Shown here: positions 17,062 through 26,904 of the stretch, piece after piece | Numbering within the stretch: position 1 is the stretch's first letter | Layout: each line of letters begins with the position of its first letter | Assembly: GCA_017622175.1 (NCBI GenBank) | Contig: JAGARQ010000038.1 | Location: 4,510-68,509, forward strand | From: Bacilli bacterium | GTDB lineage: Bacteria; Bacillota_I; Bacilli_A; RF39; UBA660 | Direction: 5' to 3' | Length of the DNA stretch: 64,000 nt | Program-made: the position numbers and the translations under genes | Notes under the pieces: model-generated | Told to the model about the DNA's origin: nothing | The model's database searches: none | The model's input: the letters and a program-made list of their open reading frames with translations, nothing else

Positions 17062-17393
17062 TTAGGTCCTTCTTTTATGTAGACTTTGACAGGAGATTCA
17101 ATTGATTTTTTTGCTGATTCTTCTGTAAATGTAAACTCTTTTTCTTCAAGTAAATTTTCTAAAGTAATAAGTTCTTCTGTTGACATTGATTCAACATAAC
17201 TTTGTGCATCTCTTACTAACATGACATTGTCTGGTACTTGAATGTTATTTAAGGCCGTTGTTACAGAACATACAATTGTAGTGCTTTTCATGTCATCATC
17301 GACACTGTCAAGACATGTAGTAGTACTATATAATTCTGTTCCTAATGTAGCTAAATCTATTGAATTATATATAAGTGTTTCTAATGCTGTCAT
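17052..17393 (-). CDS. Small protein with two STT-x-C motifs and a conserved acidic helical C-terminus (paralog of 15846-16214)
   Basis: STTTCLDSV and STTIVCSVTTALNN, then AQSYVESMSTEELITLENLLEEK. RBS AAGGGGGAA. Extended -10 TGTTATAAT upstream. Confidence 0.65.
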   Translation of the reverse strand: MTALETLIYNSIDLATLGTELYSTTTCLDSVDDDMKSTTIVCSVTTALNNIQVPDNVMLVRDAQSYVESMSTEELITLENLLEEKEFTFTEESAKKSIESPVKVYIKEGPKQQ

Positions 17394-17450
17394 TTACATT
17401 CCCCCTTACTGACTTTTATATTATAACATTTTCTTTTATTATTTTAAATA

Positions 17451-18182
17451 TTAATATGTTACGTCTGTTAAATATAATCCTTCTGCTGGTGCAGTTTTTC
17501 CTGTTGTTGTTCTATCTTTACTTAATAATATTTTTTCCACATCTTTTGTGGATATTTTATTTTCTCCTACTCTGATTAGTAATCCAACCATATTACGGAC
17601 TTGATACCTTAAGAAGCCATCTCCTCTAAAGGTTATTATAAGTTTGTTATCTTCTTGTTCTACATTAACAAAGCTGATGGTTCTAACACAATTTTCCTTT
17701 TCTTTACTTTCTGTAACAAAGGCTCTAAAATCATGTGTTCCTAAAAATACTTTAATCGCCTCTTCCATCGCTTCTTTATTTAAAATATAGTTATATTGAA
17801 AAACATAATTTCTTTCTAATGGATTATACTCACCTAAGTTAATATAGTATTTATATTCTTTACTTTTAACATTATATCTGGCATGAAAATCTTCTGATAC
17901 TATTTTTGTTTCAATAACATGAATATCATTAGGAAGATTACTATTCATAGCTCTTTTTAATTTATATTCATTGATATCAACATCAATATCTGCATGAGCA
18001 TATTGACATAATGCATGTACTCCTTTATCTGTTCTACCTGTTGCTACAAGATTAGTCTTTTTTCCATTATTGATAATTTTTAAAGCATTTTCCATTCTTT
18101 CTTGAATAGTATCTAAATTTGGCTGTGTTTGAAAACCATTATATGCGGTACCATCATATGCAAATTTTATTAAAAATCTCAT
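17451..18182 (-). CDS. truA: tRNA pseudouridine(38-40) synthase TruA
   Basis: YDGTAYNGFQTQP and GRTDKGVHA catalytic Asp motif. Confidence 0.93.
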   Translation of the reverse strand: MRFLIKFAYDGTAYNGFQTQPNLDTIQERMENALKIINNGKKTNLVATGRTDKGVHALCQYAHADIDVDINEYKLKRAMNSNLPNDIHVIETKIVSEDFHARYNVKSKEYKYYINLGEYNPLERNYVFQYNYILNKEAMEEAIKVFLGTHDFRAFVTESKEKENCVRTISFVNVEQEDNKLIITFRGDGFLRYQVRNMVGLLIRVGENKISTKDVEKILLSKDRTTTGKTAPAEGLYLTDVTY

Positions 18183-18198
18183 AGAATCTTCCTTTCTA

Positions 18199-18981
18199 TT
18201 ATATGTGTTTATAAATATCTTTAATTATATCTCTAACATCTTTGTGATAATCTATTTTTACTTCTTTTTTCTTTTTAGCAAGATGTGTAAACTCTACTAT
18301 TTCTGGTATATCAAATCTATTCTTTTTTAAATATTCTACTTTTAAGTATAATTCTTCTGTTTTACCAGTTATTAATATTTCATTATTTTTAACGAATATC
18401 ATTTCATTAGTATACTTATATAGTATATTACTGTCTTCTGAAATAATAATTATTGTCTTTTTAAATTGTTCTTTTAACCTTTGAAGTAACATTATAATTT
18501 TTTTCTCATTCTGCTTATCTAAGCATTTAAATGGTTCTTCTATAATTAATACTTCTGGATTACTTAATAAATAAATAGCAAATGATAATAGTTTCTTTTC
18601 AGAAGTTGATGTTTCATAAATATTTTTATTTAATATATTATCTTCTAATCCAACAATTTTTAATGAATCTTTTATCTTTTTGATTGGATCTTTAATTATA
18701 AGATTATTTCTTTTGATATATTCAACCATTATATTATAGATATTAATCTGTGCTGATTTTATTGCAGTTACAAACGATACTTTTCTTTGATGTTCTTTTA
18801 TATTATCTTTTGTAATTTTATTCTCATCTACAATAATTTGACCTTTACAAATTTCTCTAAGTGATATTATAGGAATTAATTCTTCTATGTTTTTACCTGT
18901 AATTCCATAAATCTTAGATGGTTCAAATGTTAAAGATACGATTTTTTCTTTATACTCGCAGTTAATGAATTTTATTTCCAT
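18199..18981 (-). CDS. EcfA2-like ABC ATPase homolog with degenerate nucleotide-binding motifs
   Basis: Syntenic position. Walker A is reduced to GITGKN, signature is TSTSE, Walker B is LIIEEP, and the H-loop His is absent (ISEDS). Confidence 0.6.
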   Translation of the reverse strand: MEIKFINCEYKEKIVSLTFEPSKIYGITGKNIEELIPIISLREICKGQIIVDENKITKDNIKEHQRKVSFVTAIKSAQINIYNIMVEYIKRNNLIIKDPIKKIKDSLKIVGLEDNILNKNIYETSTSEKKLLSFAIYLLSNPEVLIIEEPFKCLDKQNEKKIIMLLQRLKEQFKKTIIIISEDSNILYKYTNEMIFVKNNEILITGKTEELYLKVEYLKKNRFDIPEIVEFTHLAKKKKEVKIDYHKDVRDIIKDIYKHI

Positions 18982-19766
18982 AATATATCCACCAACCTAT
19001 CCATATCTAATTCTACATTTTTAATCAAATCATAATCTTTTAATTTAACAGAAAGGTCTATCATAAAAGGTAAGTTTAAGCCAGCTTTATTTAAAATATT
19101 ATCTCTTTCTAGTACTTCCTTAGGATTACCCTCTAGAACAATTTTTCCTTGATCTAAAATATATGAATAATCACTGTATAAATTACAATCTAATAAACTT
19201 GTTACCATGATAATGGTTGTTTTGTTATTTTGATTATATTCCTTAAGCATTTCTGTAATCATGATTAACTCTTGTTTATTAAAATATGGTGACAAATCAT
19301 CAATCACTATTATTTTGGGATTTTTTATTAGGGCTAAAGCAATCTGAAAATATATTTTCTCTTTGTTTTTTAAATTATCCACAGTTTTTGTTAATAACTT
19401 TGTTATTTTGAATTGTTTTGCTATTGTTTTTATCAATTTATTTTTTTCACTTTTAGAAGCAGTCTCATTCATTTGATATAACATTTCATCTTCTAAAGTA
19501 TTTTGAAAGGCAGTTATTTCTAGTGGGATAATAGTTTGTATAATACTTGAAATATCTGTAACTTTATATGACTCATATGGTCTTCCATATAGTGTTATTG
19601 TATTATTTATTGGTACTTGTCCATCAATTATTCTAATTAATGTAGTTTTTCCACAATTATTTGAACCTGAGACAGTTATAAACTTTTCATTTTCTATAGC
19701 AATACTAAAGTTATTAAAAATATTTAGGTAATTTAGGCCTAATATCTCTATACAATTCTTATTCAT
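18972..19766 (-). CDS. EcfA1-like ABC ATPase homolog with degenerate signature, Walker B and H-loop
   Basis: Walker A GSNNCGKTT is intact, but LSGGQ reads LKNKE, Walker B is IVIDD (no Glu), and the H-loop is TSLLD. EcfA-type C-terminus LNLPFMIDL. Confidence 0.6.
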   Translation of the reverse strand: MNKNCIEILGLNYLNIFNNFSIAIENEKFITVSGSNNCGKTTLIRIIDGQVPINNTITLYGRPYESYKVTDISSIIQTIIPLEITAFQNTLEDEMLYQMNETASKSEKNKLIKTIAKQFKITKLLTKTVDNLKNKEKIYFQIALALIKNPKIIVIDDLSPYFNKQELIMITEMLKEYNQNNKTTIIMVTSLLDCNLYSDYSYILDQGKIVLEGNPKEVLERDNILNKAGLNLPFMIDLSVKLKDYDLIKNVELDMDRLVDILWK

Positions 19767-19802
19767 AACCTTACCTCCCTGATATTAATTAAAAATCAAC
19801 CT

Positions 19803-20555
19803 TTAGTTGATTTTCTTTTTTTGTATTTTATATGCCATACTCAACATTAATTTTGTTGGTACAAATCTTCCAAAGAATTTAGCACATTTCATAGTAAATC
19901 CTGGAATAATTAGCATTTTATTTTTGAACATCTTATCTATTGCATATTTTGCAACATATGTACTTTTTAATGGTTTTACACCAAACTTTACTCCAGCTAC
20001 ATTGTTGAAGTTTGTATCAACTGGTCCTGGGCATAACACTGATACATGAACGTTTGTTTTTTTCTTTTTTTGTTCATAATATAATGCGGCGCTAAGCTGA
20101 TATACATATGATTTTGTGGCATAATATGTAGCCATTAGTGGTCCTGGTTGGAAGGCTGCTGATGAGGCAACATTTAAAATATATCCAAAGTTATTCTTTT
20201 CCATATCTTTTACAAAGAATTTCGTTAGCAAATGAACTGCTTTAATGTTGGTATCAATCATTTCTAATTCTTTATTTATATCTGTTTCTGTAAAGTTACC
20301 AAAAACACCAAATCCTGCGTTGTTAATTAGTATGTCTATTTTTTCGTTTTTAGTAAGTACGTATAGTTCTTTTACCTTTTGTTCATTGGATAAATCAGCT
20401 ACTATAATTGTAACTTTTGTAGGTAAAGACTCTTGAATACGCTCTAATTTTTCTTTGTCTCTTGCTACTAAAATTAATTCGCATTTCATAGTTGCAAGAT
20501 ATTTTGCCATATCTAAACCAATTCCAGATGATGCACCAGTTATTAATGCTTTCAT
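19803..20555 (-). CDS. Short-chain dehydrogenase/reductase (classical SDR)
   Basis: TGASSGIG cofactor motif, NNAG, and YxxxK (YYATKSY). Confidence 0.88.
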   Translation of the reverse strand: MKALITGASSGIGLDMAKYLATMKCELILVARDKEKLERIQESLPTKVTIIVADLSNEQKVKELYVLTKNEKIDILINNAGFGVFGNFTETDINKELEMIDTNIKAVHLLTKFFVKDMEKNNFGYILNVASSAAFQPGPLMATYYATKSYVYQLSAALYYEQKKKKTNVHVSVLCPGPVDTNFNNVAGVKFGVKPLKSTYVAKYAIDKMFKNKMLIIPGFTMKCAKFFGRFVPTKLMLSMAYKIQKKKIN

Positions 20556-20624
20556 ACAACCACCTCATTTACTAATTTTATTATAACAAATAATGTTGTT
20601 TTTTTCTATTTATTTATCAATTAA

Positions 20625-20656
20625 TAAAAATAAAAAAGACAGAGAACTCTGTCTTA
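20625..20656 (-). terminator. Intrinsic terminator after rplQ
   Basis: aagacagag/ctctgtctt stem followed by a U-run on the minus RNA. Confidence 0.75.
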
Positions 20657-20663
20657 ATTACTA

Positions 20664-21065
20664 TTATTTAGCTTCTTCTTTATCTTTCTTTGAAGTTTTC
20701 TTTTCTTCTACTGGTTTAGCTTCATCAACTAATTTTAAAATAACCATTAATGCGTCATCTCCGCGTCTTTCAGCTACTTTTAAAATTTGTGTATATCCAC
20801 CATTACGGTTTTCATAACGTTTAGCTAAGTCATTAAAGATTTTTTCAACGGCAGCTGTATCGTTATGTAAGAATGCTAATGCTTTACGACGAGAAACTAG
20901 ATCTCCTTTTTTTCCATAAGTAATCATTTTTTCAACGAACTTACGAACTTCTTTAGCTCTAGTATCAGTAGTTGTAATACTTTCGTTTTCAACTACTTGT
21001 TTTGTTAATGTAGCAAGCATACTTCTTCTATGTTTATTATCTCTTCCTAATTTTCTATATGCCAT
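20664..21065 (-). CDS. rplQ: 50S ribosomal protein L17
   Basis: [16 protein letters not shown]-terminus, downstream of rpoA. Lys/Glu-rich C-terminal tail. Confidence 0.96.
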   Translation of the reverse strand: MAYRKLGRDNKHRRSMLATLTKQVVENESITTTDTRAKEVRKFVEKMITYGKKGDLVSRRKALAFLHNDTAAVEKIFNDLAKRYENRNGGYTQILKVAERRGDDALMVILKLVDEAKPVEEKKTSKKDKEEAK

Positions 21066-21084
21066 AGTTTTGCCTCCTTATATT

Positions 21085-22035
21085 TTAGTCATCATCACGT
21101 AAGATTAGACCCATATCTCTAATTTTGTCTAAAACTTCTTTTAGAGATTTTTTACCTAAATTACGTATTTTCATCATATCTGATTCACTCTTGTTAACAA
21201 GGTCTTGTAAAGTATGAATTCCAGCTCTCTTTAAGCAGTTATATGCTCTTACAGAGAAATCTAAATCTTCAATTGAAGTTTCTAAAGCTTTTACTTTTGG
21301 ATCTTCAGTCTTTTCAATCATCATACCACTTACATCAGCGATTGATGATAAATCTGTAAGGATATCAAAATGTTCAATTAAGATTCTTGATGCTAGTGCA
21401 ATTGCTTCTTCTGGTTTAATTGAACCATTTGTCCATACATCTAAGATTAATTTATCATAGCTTTCATCTTGTCCAACACGAGCATTTCCTACTTCGTAAG
21501 ATACTCTTTCAATTGGAGAATATAATGAGTCAATAGCTATAACTCCTGCTTTTTTGATATCATGAATTCTCTTGTTGTCTTCGCTTCTAACATATCCACG
21601 ACCATTTGTAACAGTCATTTCCATATTTAATGAAGCTCCTTTTGATAATGTAGCGATAACTTTGTCTTTGTTAATAACTTCAACATCTGCATCACATTCG
21701 ATATCTCCAGCAGTTATTTCTCCTTCTCTTGAAACATTGATACGTACTGTTTTTGTTTCATTTGAATGATTTTTAAATACTATACCTTTTAAATTTAAGA
21801 TGATAGTAGTTACATCTTCATATACTCCATCAATTGTTTGGAATTCATGAAGAACACCTTCGATTTTAACACTACTAATAGCGCTTCCTGGTAAAGATGA
21901 TAACATAACTCTTCTTAAAGCGTTACCAATAGTAGTACCAAATCCTCTTTCTAATGGTTCTAATTCAAATCTTCCATAGAAATTGCTTTCTATTGAATCA
22001 GTTATTTTATAAATTGGTTTTTCAAATTGTAACAT
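21085..22035 (-). CDS. rpoA: DNA-directed RNA polymerase alpha subunit
   Basis: MLQFEKP...GRFELEPLERGFGTTIGNALRRV. ATG 22035 follows AGGGAGG. The longer ORF extension overlaps rpsK. Confidence 0.96.
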   Translation of the reverse strand: MLQFEKPIYKITDSIESNFYGRFELEPLERGFGTTIGNALRRVMLSSLPGSAISSVKIEGVLHEFQTIDGVYEDVTTIILNLKGIVFKNHSNETKTVRINVSREGEITAGDIECDADVEVINKDKVIATLSKGASLNMEMTVTNGRGYVRSEDNKRIHDIKKAGVIAIDSLYSPIERVSYEVGNARVGQDESYDKLILDVWTNGSIKPEEAIALASRILIEHFDILTDLSSIADVSGMMIEKTEDPKVKALETSIEDLDFSVRAYNCLKRAGIHTLQDLVNKSESDMMKIRNLGKKSLKEVLDKIRDMGLILRDDD

Positions 22036-22082
22036 GAAACTAACCTCCCTTTGTTTTTTGCCACTATAATTATTCCCTTTAA

Positions 22083-22466
22083 TTATCCACGTGGACGTTT
22101 TGGTGGACGACATCCATTATGTGGAATTGGTGTAACATCTGAAATTGCTGTTACTTCTAATCCTGCTGTTTGTAATGAACGAATAGCAGTTTCACGTCCT
22201 GGTCCTAAACCTTTAACGCGTACTTCTAATTTTCTCATTCCAGCATCGAATGCAACTTTTCCTGCAGCTTCAGCAGCCATTCCAGCAGCGAATGGAGTTG
22301 ATTTTTTACTTCCTTTGAAACCGATAGCACCAGATGATGCCCAGCTAATTACGTTACCATCTTTATCTGTGATAGTAGTAATTGTATTGTTAAATGTTGA
22401 ATGAATATGAGCTATTCCTTCAGGTACATTCTTTTTAACTTTTTTCTTTCTAGTTTTATAAGCCAT
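22083..22466 (-). CDS. rpsK: 30S ribosomal protein S11
   Basis: Conserved S11 sequence ([13 protein letters not shown]...[13 protein letters not shown]). Confidence 0.97.
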   Translation of the reverse strand: MAYKTRKKKVKKNVPEGIAHIHSTFNNTITTITDKDGNVISWASSGAIGFKGSKKSTPFAAGMAAEAAGKVAFDAGMRKLEVRVKGLGPGRETAIRSLQTAGLEVTAISDVTPIPHNGCRPPKRPRG

Positions 22467-22504
22467 AAGTCTTACCTCCTTTTTTTAATTAACTAAGTTT
22501 TAAA

Positions 22505-22873
22505 CTAAACTTTCTTCTTGTTTGCTACAACTTTTCCTTTACCCTTACGAGTACGAGCATTACGATTAGTTCTTTGTCCTCTTACAGGTAATCCTTTTTT
22601 ATGACGTGTTCCTTCGTATGAATTAATTTCCATCTTAGTTTTGATGTTCATACTAACTTCACGACGTAAATCTCCTTCAGTTAAATGTTTGTTGATTTCG
22701 TCACGAATTAAGATTAAGTCATCTTGAGATAAATCTTTAGTCTTAGTTGTTGGATCAATATTTACTTCCTTTAAAATTTGTTTTGCTAGACTTCTTCCAA
22801 TTCCGTAGATATATGTTAATGAAATACAAATATGCTTGTCATTTGGAATGTCTACACCTTTAATACGTGCCAT
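22505..22873 (-). CDS. rpsM: 30S ribosomal protein S13
   Basis: [10 protein letters not shown]...YIYGIG conserved S13. Confidence 0.97.
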   Translation of the reverse strand: MARIKGVDIPNDKHICISLTYIYGIGRSLAKQILKEVNIDPTTKTKDLSQDDLILIRDEINKHLTEGDLRREVSMNIKTKMEINSYEGTRHKKGLPVRGQRTNRNARTRKGKGKVVANKKKV

Positions 22874-22889
22874 TTAAGTACACCTCCTA

Positions 22890-23003
22890 TTAACCTTGAA
22901 CTTGTTTGTGCTTTGGATTTTCACAAATTACTCTTATTTTTCCTTTGCGTTTAACGATTTTACATTTTTCGCAAATTGGTTTTACTGATGCTTTTACTTT
23001 CAT
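22890..23003 (-). CDS. rpmJ: 50S ribosomal protein L36
   Basis: Not in the ORF track. Hand translation gives [46 protein letters not shown]. Confidence 0.95.
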   Translation of the reverse strand: MKVKASVKPICEKCKIVKRKGKIRVICENPKHKQVQG

Positions 23004-23017
23004 TTTATTCCCTCCTA

Positions 23018-23233
23018 TTATTTACGATAGGTAATACGCCCACGTGTTAAGTCATAAGGCGATAGTTCTATCATTACGGTATCTCCTGCTAAGATGCGAA
23101 TATAGTTCATTCGTATTTTACCAGAAACGTGAGCTTCCACAATGTGTCCATTTTCTAGTTGAACTTTGAATTTCCCACCTGGGATTATTTCAAGAACTTT
23201 ACCTTCTATTTCGATTGTATCTTCTTTAGCCAT
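23018..23233 (-). CDS. infA: Translation initiation factor IF-1
   Basis: [13 protein letters not shown]...[15 protein letters not shown] conserved S1-like IF-1. Confidence 0.97.
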   Translation of the reverse strand: MAKEDTIEIEGKVLEIIPGGKFKVQLENGHIVEAHVSGKIRMNYIRILAGDTVMIELSPYDLTRGRITYRK

Positions 23234-23237
23234 CTTT

Positions 23238-23990
23238 TCACTCTCCTGTCCCTGTCAAGATTTTATATCCATCGGCAGTTACTACAACTGTATGTTCAAA
23301 ATGAGCTGATGGACGACCGTCTGCAGTATCTATTGTCCAATCATTATCATGAATGAAAATTCTCGGACTTCCTAAAGTTAACATTGGTTCTACTGCAATA
23401 ACCATTCCTTCTTTTAGTCTAGGACCTGTATTTGGAATACCATAATTTGGTACTTCTGGATCTTCATGAACTGAAGTTCCAACTCCATGACCACATAATT
23501 CTTTGACTACTCCAAGTTTATGTTCTTTTGCATATTGTTCTATGGCGTATCCAATGTCACCTACTCTATTTCCTGGTTTGATTTGTTCTAAACCAATAAA
23601 TAAAGATTTCTCTGTGTGTTCTAATAAGAACTCAACTTCTTTATCAACTTCACCTACTTTGTAAGTCCAAGCTGAATCTCCATGATATCCTTTATAGCAT
23701 GCGCCAATATCAATAGATACGATATCACCATTTTTTAATACATAATCACTAGGAAAACCATGAACTACTTCAGAGTTAACGCTAATGCATAATGTATAAG
23801 GGAAACCTGAGTATCCCTTAAAAGAAGGTGTAGCATCTTTACTTCTAATGAAATCTTCTGCTAACTTATCTAATTCAATAGTTTTTATACCTTCTTTTAT
23901 GTATGGTTGTAGATACTTATGTGTTTGATAGACAATATTACCAGCAATTGCTAAGAGTTCAATTTCGCGTTTACTTTTTAATGTAATCAT
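23238..23990 (-). CDS. map: Type I methionine aminopeptidase
   Basis: Pita-bread fold metal-ligand contexts ([16 protein letters not shown]). Confidence 0.95.
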   Translation of the reverse strand: MITLKSKREIELLAIAGNIVYQTHKYLQPYIKEGIKTIELDKLAEDFIRSKDATPSFKGYSGFPYTLCISVNSEVVHGFPSDYVLKNGDIVSIDIGACYKGYHGDSAWTYKVGEVDKEVEFLLEHTEKSLFIGLEQIKPGNRVGDIGYAIEQYAKEHKLGVVKELCGHGVGTSVHEDPEVPNYGIPNTGPRLKEGMVIAVEPMLTLGSPRIFIHDNDWTIDTADGRPSAHFEHTVVVTADGYKILTGTGE

Positions 23991-24006
23991 CTAATCATTC
24001 CCCTCA

Positions 24007-24663
24007 TTAATTCTTGCTAATAATTTCATCTATTTGTTTAAATACTTCATCAAATTCGCAATTGCTATTGATTTCGTGTAAAACATTTTGTTTTCTGTAA
24101 TGTTCAATAATTGGTTCTGTCTTTTCTTGATACATTGCAAATCTAGTTTGGAATGATTCAAGATTGTCATCTTTTCGTTGATATAACTTTCCACCACATT
24201 TATCACATACAGATTCACTTTTTGGAGCTTTTGCAATGTCATTTATATTATAAATAGCATTACAATCCTCACAAACTCTTCTTCCTGTTATTCTTTTTTC
24301 AAGTGTTTTTGTTTCTATATTTAGTAAGAATACGTTACCAATATCATATCCTAATTTTGCAAGGATTTTATCATATTCAATTGCTTGATCAAGGTTTCTT
24401 GGAAACCCATCAATGATAAATCCATTTTTGCAATCTTCTCTTGATAGTCTTTCTTCTATCAATTGATATGTTATTTCGTCTTTTACTAATTTACCACTTG
24501 CCATTGTTTCAGCAACATAATTTCCTATTTCACTATCTTCTTTAGCGATTTCTCTTAAGATATCACCAGTTGAGATATGTGGAATATTATATTTAGCAGT
24601 AATTATTTCTGCTTGTGTTCCTTTACCTGCAGCAGGTGGCGCTATAAACATTATATTCTTCAT
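24007..24663 (-). CDS. adk: Adenylate kinase (Zn-lid type)
   Basis: P-loop APPAAGKGTQ and Cys4 lid CEDC...CDKCGG. Confidence 0.96.
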   Translation of the reverse strand: MKNIMFIAPPAAGKGTQAEIITAKYNIPHISTGDILREIAKEDSEIGNYVAETMASGKLVKDEITYQLIEERLSREDCKNGFIIDGFPRNLDQAIEYDKILAKLGYDIGNVFLLNIETKTLEKRITGRRVCEDCNAIYNINDIAKAPKSESVCDKCGGKLYQRKDDNLESFQTRFAMYQEKTEPIIEHYRKQNVLHEINSNCEFDEVFKQIDEIISKN

Positions 24664-24666
24664 AAA

Positions 24667-25938
24667 TTACCTTCTATATCCTCTTTTATAACTTCTAGAA
24701 AGAAGACTTCCTTCTAGTTGTTTGTAAGTTTCTAATGCAACTCCTACAACGATTAATAATCCTGTACCACCAATTGATACTGATGTAGGTAAGCTAGTAA
24801 CTTTCGAAAATAGGATTGGCAATCCAGCGATTATTACTAAGAAAGTTGCTCCTAAGACTGTAAGTCTTGATAACACTTTACTTATGTATTTTTTTGTTTC
24901 ATCTCCAGGTCTAATTCCAGGAATATATCCACCATTTTCTTGTAAGTTCTTTGAAAATTCTTCTGGTTTTACTTGTATAAAAGTATAGAAGTATGCAAAG
25001 AAGAAAATGAATATTACATATAGTAGGAATCCTACTGGAGTTGTATAGTCTAAATATTTTTGTGCAAATAAAGTAAATGAATCATTTTTAATAACTTGTG
25101 CAAGAATACTTGGTATTGATAATAAACTTGATGCAAAGATTACTGGCACTACTCCTGCTGTATTAATTTTGATTGGCATAAAACTTTGTGCTGCACTACC
25201 AAATGCATTTGTTGATTTGTTTGCATATTGGATTGGAATTCGTCTTTCAGATTCTTGAATGAAAACCATTCCAATTACTATTGCAAAGTATATTACAACG
25301 AATATTAAGAATTTAATAATTCCAAGAGTTATTATTTGTGCTGTTCCATCTAAGGCAATTAAACCGTTAAATGCATCTACAAACATTTGAGGTAATGTTG
25401 CAATGATACCAGCCATAATTATTAAACTCATACCATTTCCAATACCTTTTTGTGTAATTTGATCTCCTAACCATAATAGGAATGCTGTACCTGCAGTTAA
25501 AACTGTTGCAATGTACATATATTCTAATGGATTTCCAGCTTTTCCGATAAAGGCAAATGCAAATGCATAACCTTCAACGAATGCAAAGAAGATTCCTAGA
25601 TATCTAGTTATTTGATTGATTTTTTGACGACCTGTTGGTCCTTGTTTACTTAACTCTGTGAAATATGGAATTATATCCATTTGTAATAATTGCATTATAA
25701 TTGATGCCGTAATATATGGCATAACTCCAAGGGCAAATATTGAGAAGTTTTTAAGTGCTCCTCCACCCATTGTGTTGATTAATTCTAAAAATCCTAGGTT
25801 GCTAGTTAAATCCTCTGTTCCTGGAACTCTAATTGAGATTCCTAATATGAAGATCATTAATGCTCCAAGAGTAAAGTAAATTCTATGTCTTAAGTCTTTA
25901 TTCGTTGAAGTAAATAATTGCTTCATAGTTTTAAACAT
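24667..25938 (-). CDS. secY: Preprotein translocase subunit SecY
   Basis: 10-TM profile and operon position between rplO and adk. Confidence 0.96.
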   Translation of the reverse strand: MFKTMKQLFTSTNKDLRHRIYFTLGALMIFILGISIRVPGTEDLTSNLGFLELINTMGGGALKNFSIFALGVMPYITASIIMQLLQMDIIPYFTELSKQGPTGRQKINQITRYLGIFFAFVEGYAFAFAFIGKAGNPLEYMYIATVLTAGTAFLLWLGDQITQKGIGNGMSLIIMAGIIATLPQMFVDAFNGLIALDGTAQIITLGIIKFLIFVVIYFAIVIGMVFIQESERRIPIQYANKSTNAFGSAAQSFMPIKINTAGVVPVIFASSLLSIPSILAQVIKNDSFTLFAQKYLDYTTPVGFLLYVIFIFFFAYFYTFIQVKPEEFSKNLQENGGYIPGIRPGDETKKYISKVLSRLTVLGATFLVIIAGLPILFSKVTSLPTSVSIGGTGLLIVVGVALETYKQLEGSLLSRSYKRGYRR

Positions 25939-25939
25939 A

Positions 25940-26383
25940 CTAGATCACCTCAGCTTTGCTACCTGACTCTTTAATCTTTTCTAAGGCACTAGTTGAAAAT
26001 TTATTAGCTTGGATAGTTAATGATTTTTCTAACTTTCCGTTTCCTAATACTTTAATTCCATCTAATTGATTTTTAACAATTCCTGCGTCTTTTAATAATG
26101 CAGGTGTTACAACTGTTCCGTTTTCAAAAACGTTAAGTTGATCTAAATTTACAACTGCGTAAGTTGTTTTAAACATATGATTTGAGAATCCTCTTTTTGG
26201 AATTCTTCTATATAATGGTAATTGTCCACCTTCAAATACTGGGTTGATACTACCACCACTACGTGCTTTTTGTCCTTTTTGTCCGCGACCACTTGTTTTA
26301 CCAAGACCACTACCTGATCCACGTCCTACACGTTTTTTAGCATGAGTAGCTCCGATATTTTTTTCTAATTCATGTAACTTCAT
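25940..26383 (-). CDS. rplO: 50S ribosomal protein L15
   Basis: Gly/Arg-rich N-terminus [25 protein letters not shown]. Confidence 0.97.
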   Translation of the reverse strand: MKLHELEKNIGATHAKKRVGRGSGSGLGKTSGRGQKGQKARSGGSINPVFEGGQLPLYRRIPKRGFSNHMFKTTYAVVNLDQLNVFENGTVVTPALLKDAGIVKNQLDGIKVLGNGKLEKSLTIQANKFSTSALEKIKESGSKAEVI

Positions 26384-26892
26384 TATCCTAATATCTCCTC
26401 TACTGATTTTCCACGAAGTGCTGCAACTTGTTCAGCTGTCTTAATTGATTTAAGTGCATTTAATGCAGCGTTCGCCATATTTAATTTTGTTCTTGCTCCT
26501 AGTGATTTAGAGACAACATCACGAATTCCTGCTAATTCTAAGATTGCACGAACTGATCCACCAGCGATTACACCAGTACCAGCAGCAGCTGGTTTAATGA
26601 TTACTCTAGCAGCTCCAGCGTGTCCAGTTGCTTCATGAGCAACTGTTCTTCCGTCGATTAGAGGTATTGTGATTAATTTCTTATTAGCATCTTGAATTGC
26701 TTTTTTGATTGCATCAGGTACTTCATTAGCTTTACCAATACCTAATCCAACTTTACCTTTACGGTCACCTACTACAACTATAGCAGAATATCTTCTTTGA
26801 CGTCCACCTTTGTTAACTTTAACAACGCTTTTTACGTCAATTACTAATTCTTCTAAAAGTTTTTCTTTAGGTTCTTGAGTTCTCTTTTGCAT
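26383..26892 (-). CDS. rpsE: 30S ribosomal protein S5
   Basis: Conserved S5 sequence. Its stop overlaps the rplO ATG by 1 nt, leaving no room for rpmD. Confidence 0.97.
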   Translation of the reverse strand: MQKRTQEPKEKLLEELVIDVKSVVKVNKGGRQRRYSAIVVVGDRKGKVGLGIGKANEVPDAIKKAIQDANKKLITIPLIDGRTVAHEATGHAGAARVIIKPAAAGTGVIAGGSVRAILELAGIRDVVSKSLGARTKLNMANAALNALKSIKTAEQVAALRGKSVEEILG

Positions 26893-26904
26893 AATACCCT
26901 CCTA

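Noticed and set aside
15846-17393. RiPP precursor interpretation of the two Cys/Thr-rich small proteins.
   Set aside because: No cyclodehydratase, lanthipeptide synthetase, rSAM or peptidase/transporter gene is adjacent, and the proteins are long (113-122 aa). This is noted only as a remote possibility within the finding.
22036-22113. N-terminal extensions of rpoA in the ORF track. The same applies to corA, abi, the spoIID-like gene, rpsH, spo0A, both XRE genes, metK, the 122-aa paralog and the 514-aa protein.
   Set aside because: In each case a canonical RBS sits 5-10 nt before an internal ATG that matches the conserved family N-terminus. The extension overlaps an upstream gene, promoter or terminator.
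24030-24242. Same-strand out-of-frame ORFs inside adk. Similar cases lie inside essC (6104-6292), the polymerase gene (35968-36156), lgt (48486-48713) and metK (antisense, 60542-60899).
   Set aside because: They are nested in alternative frames of well-conserved genes, with no RBS and no independent support.
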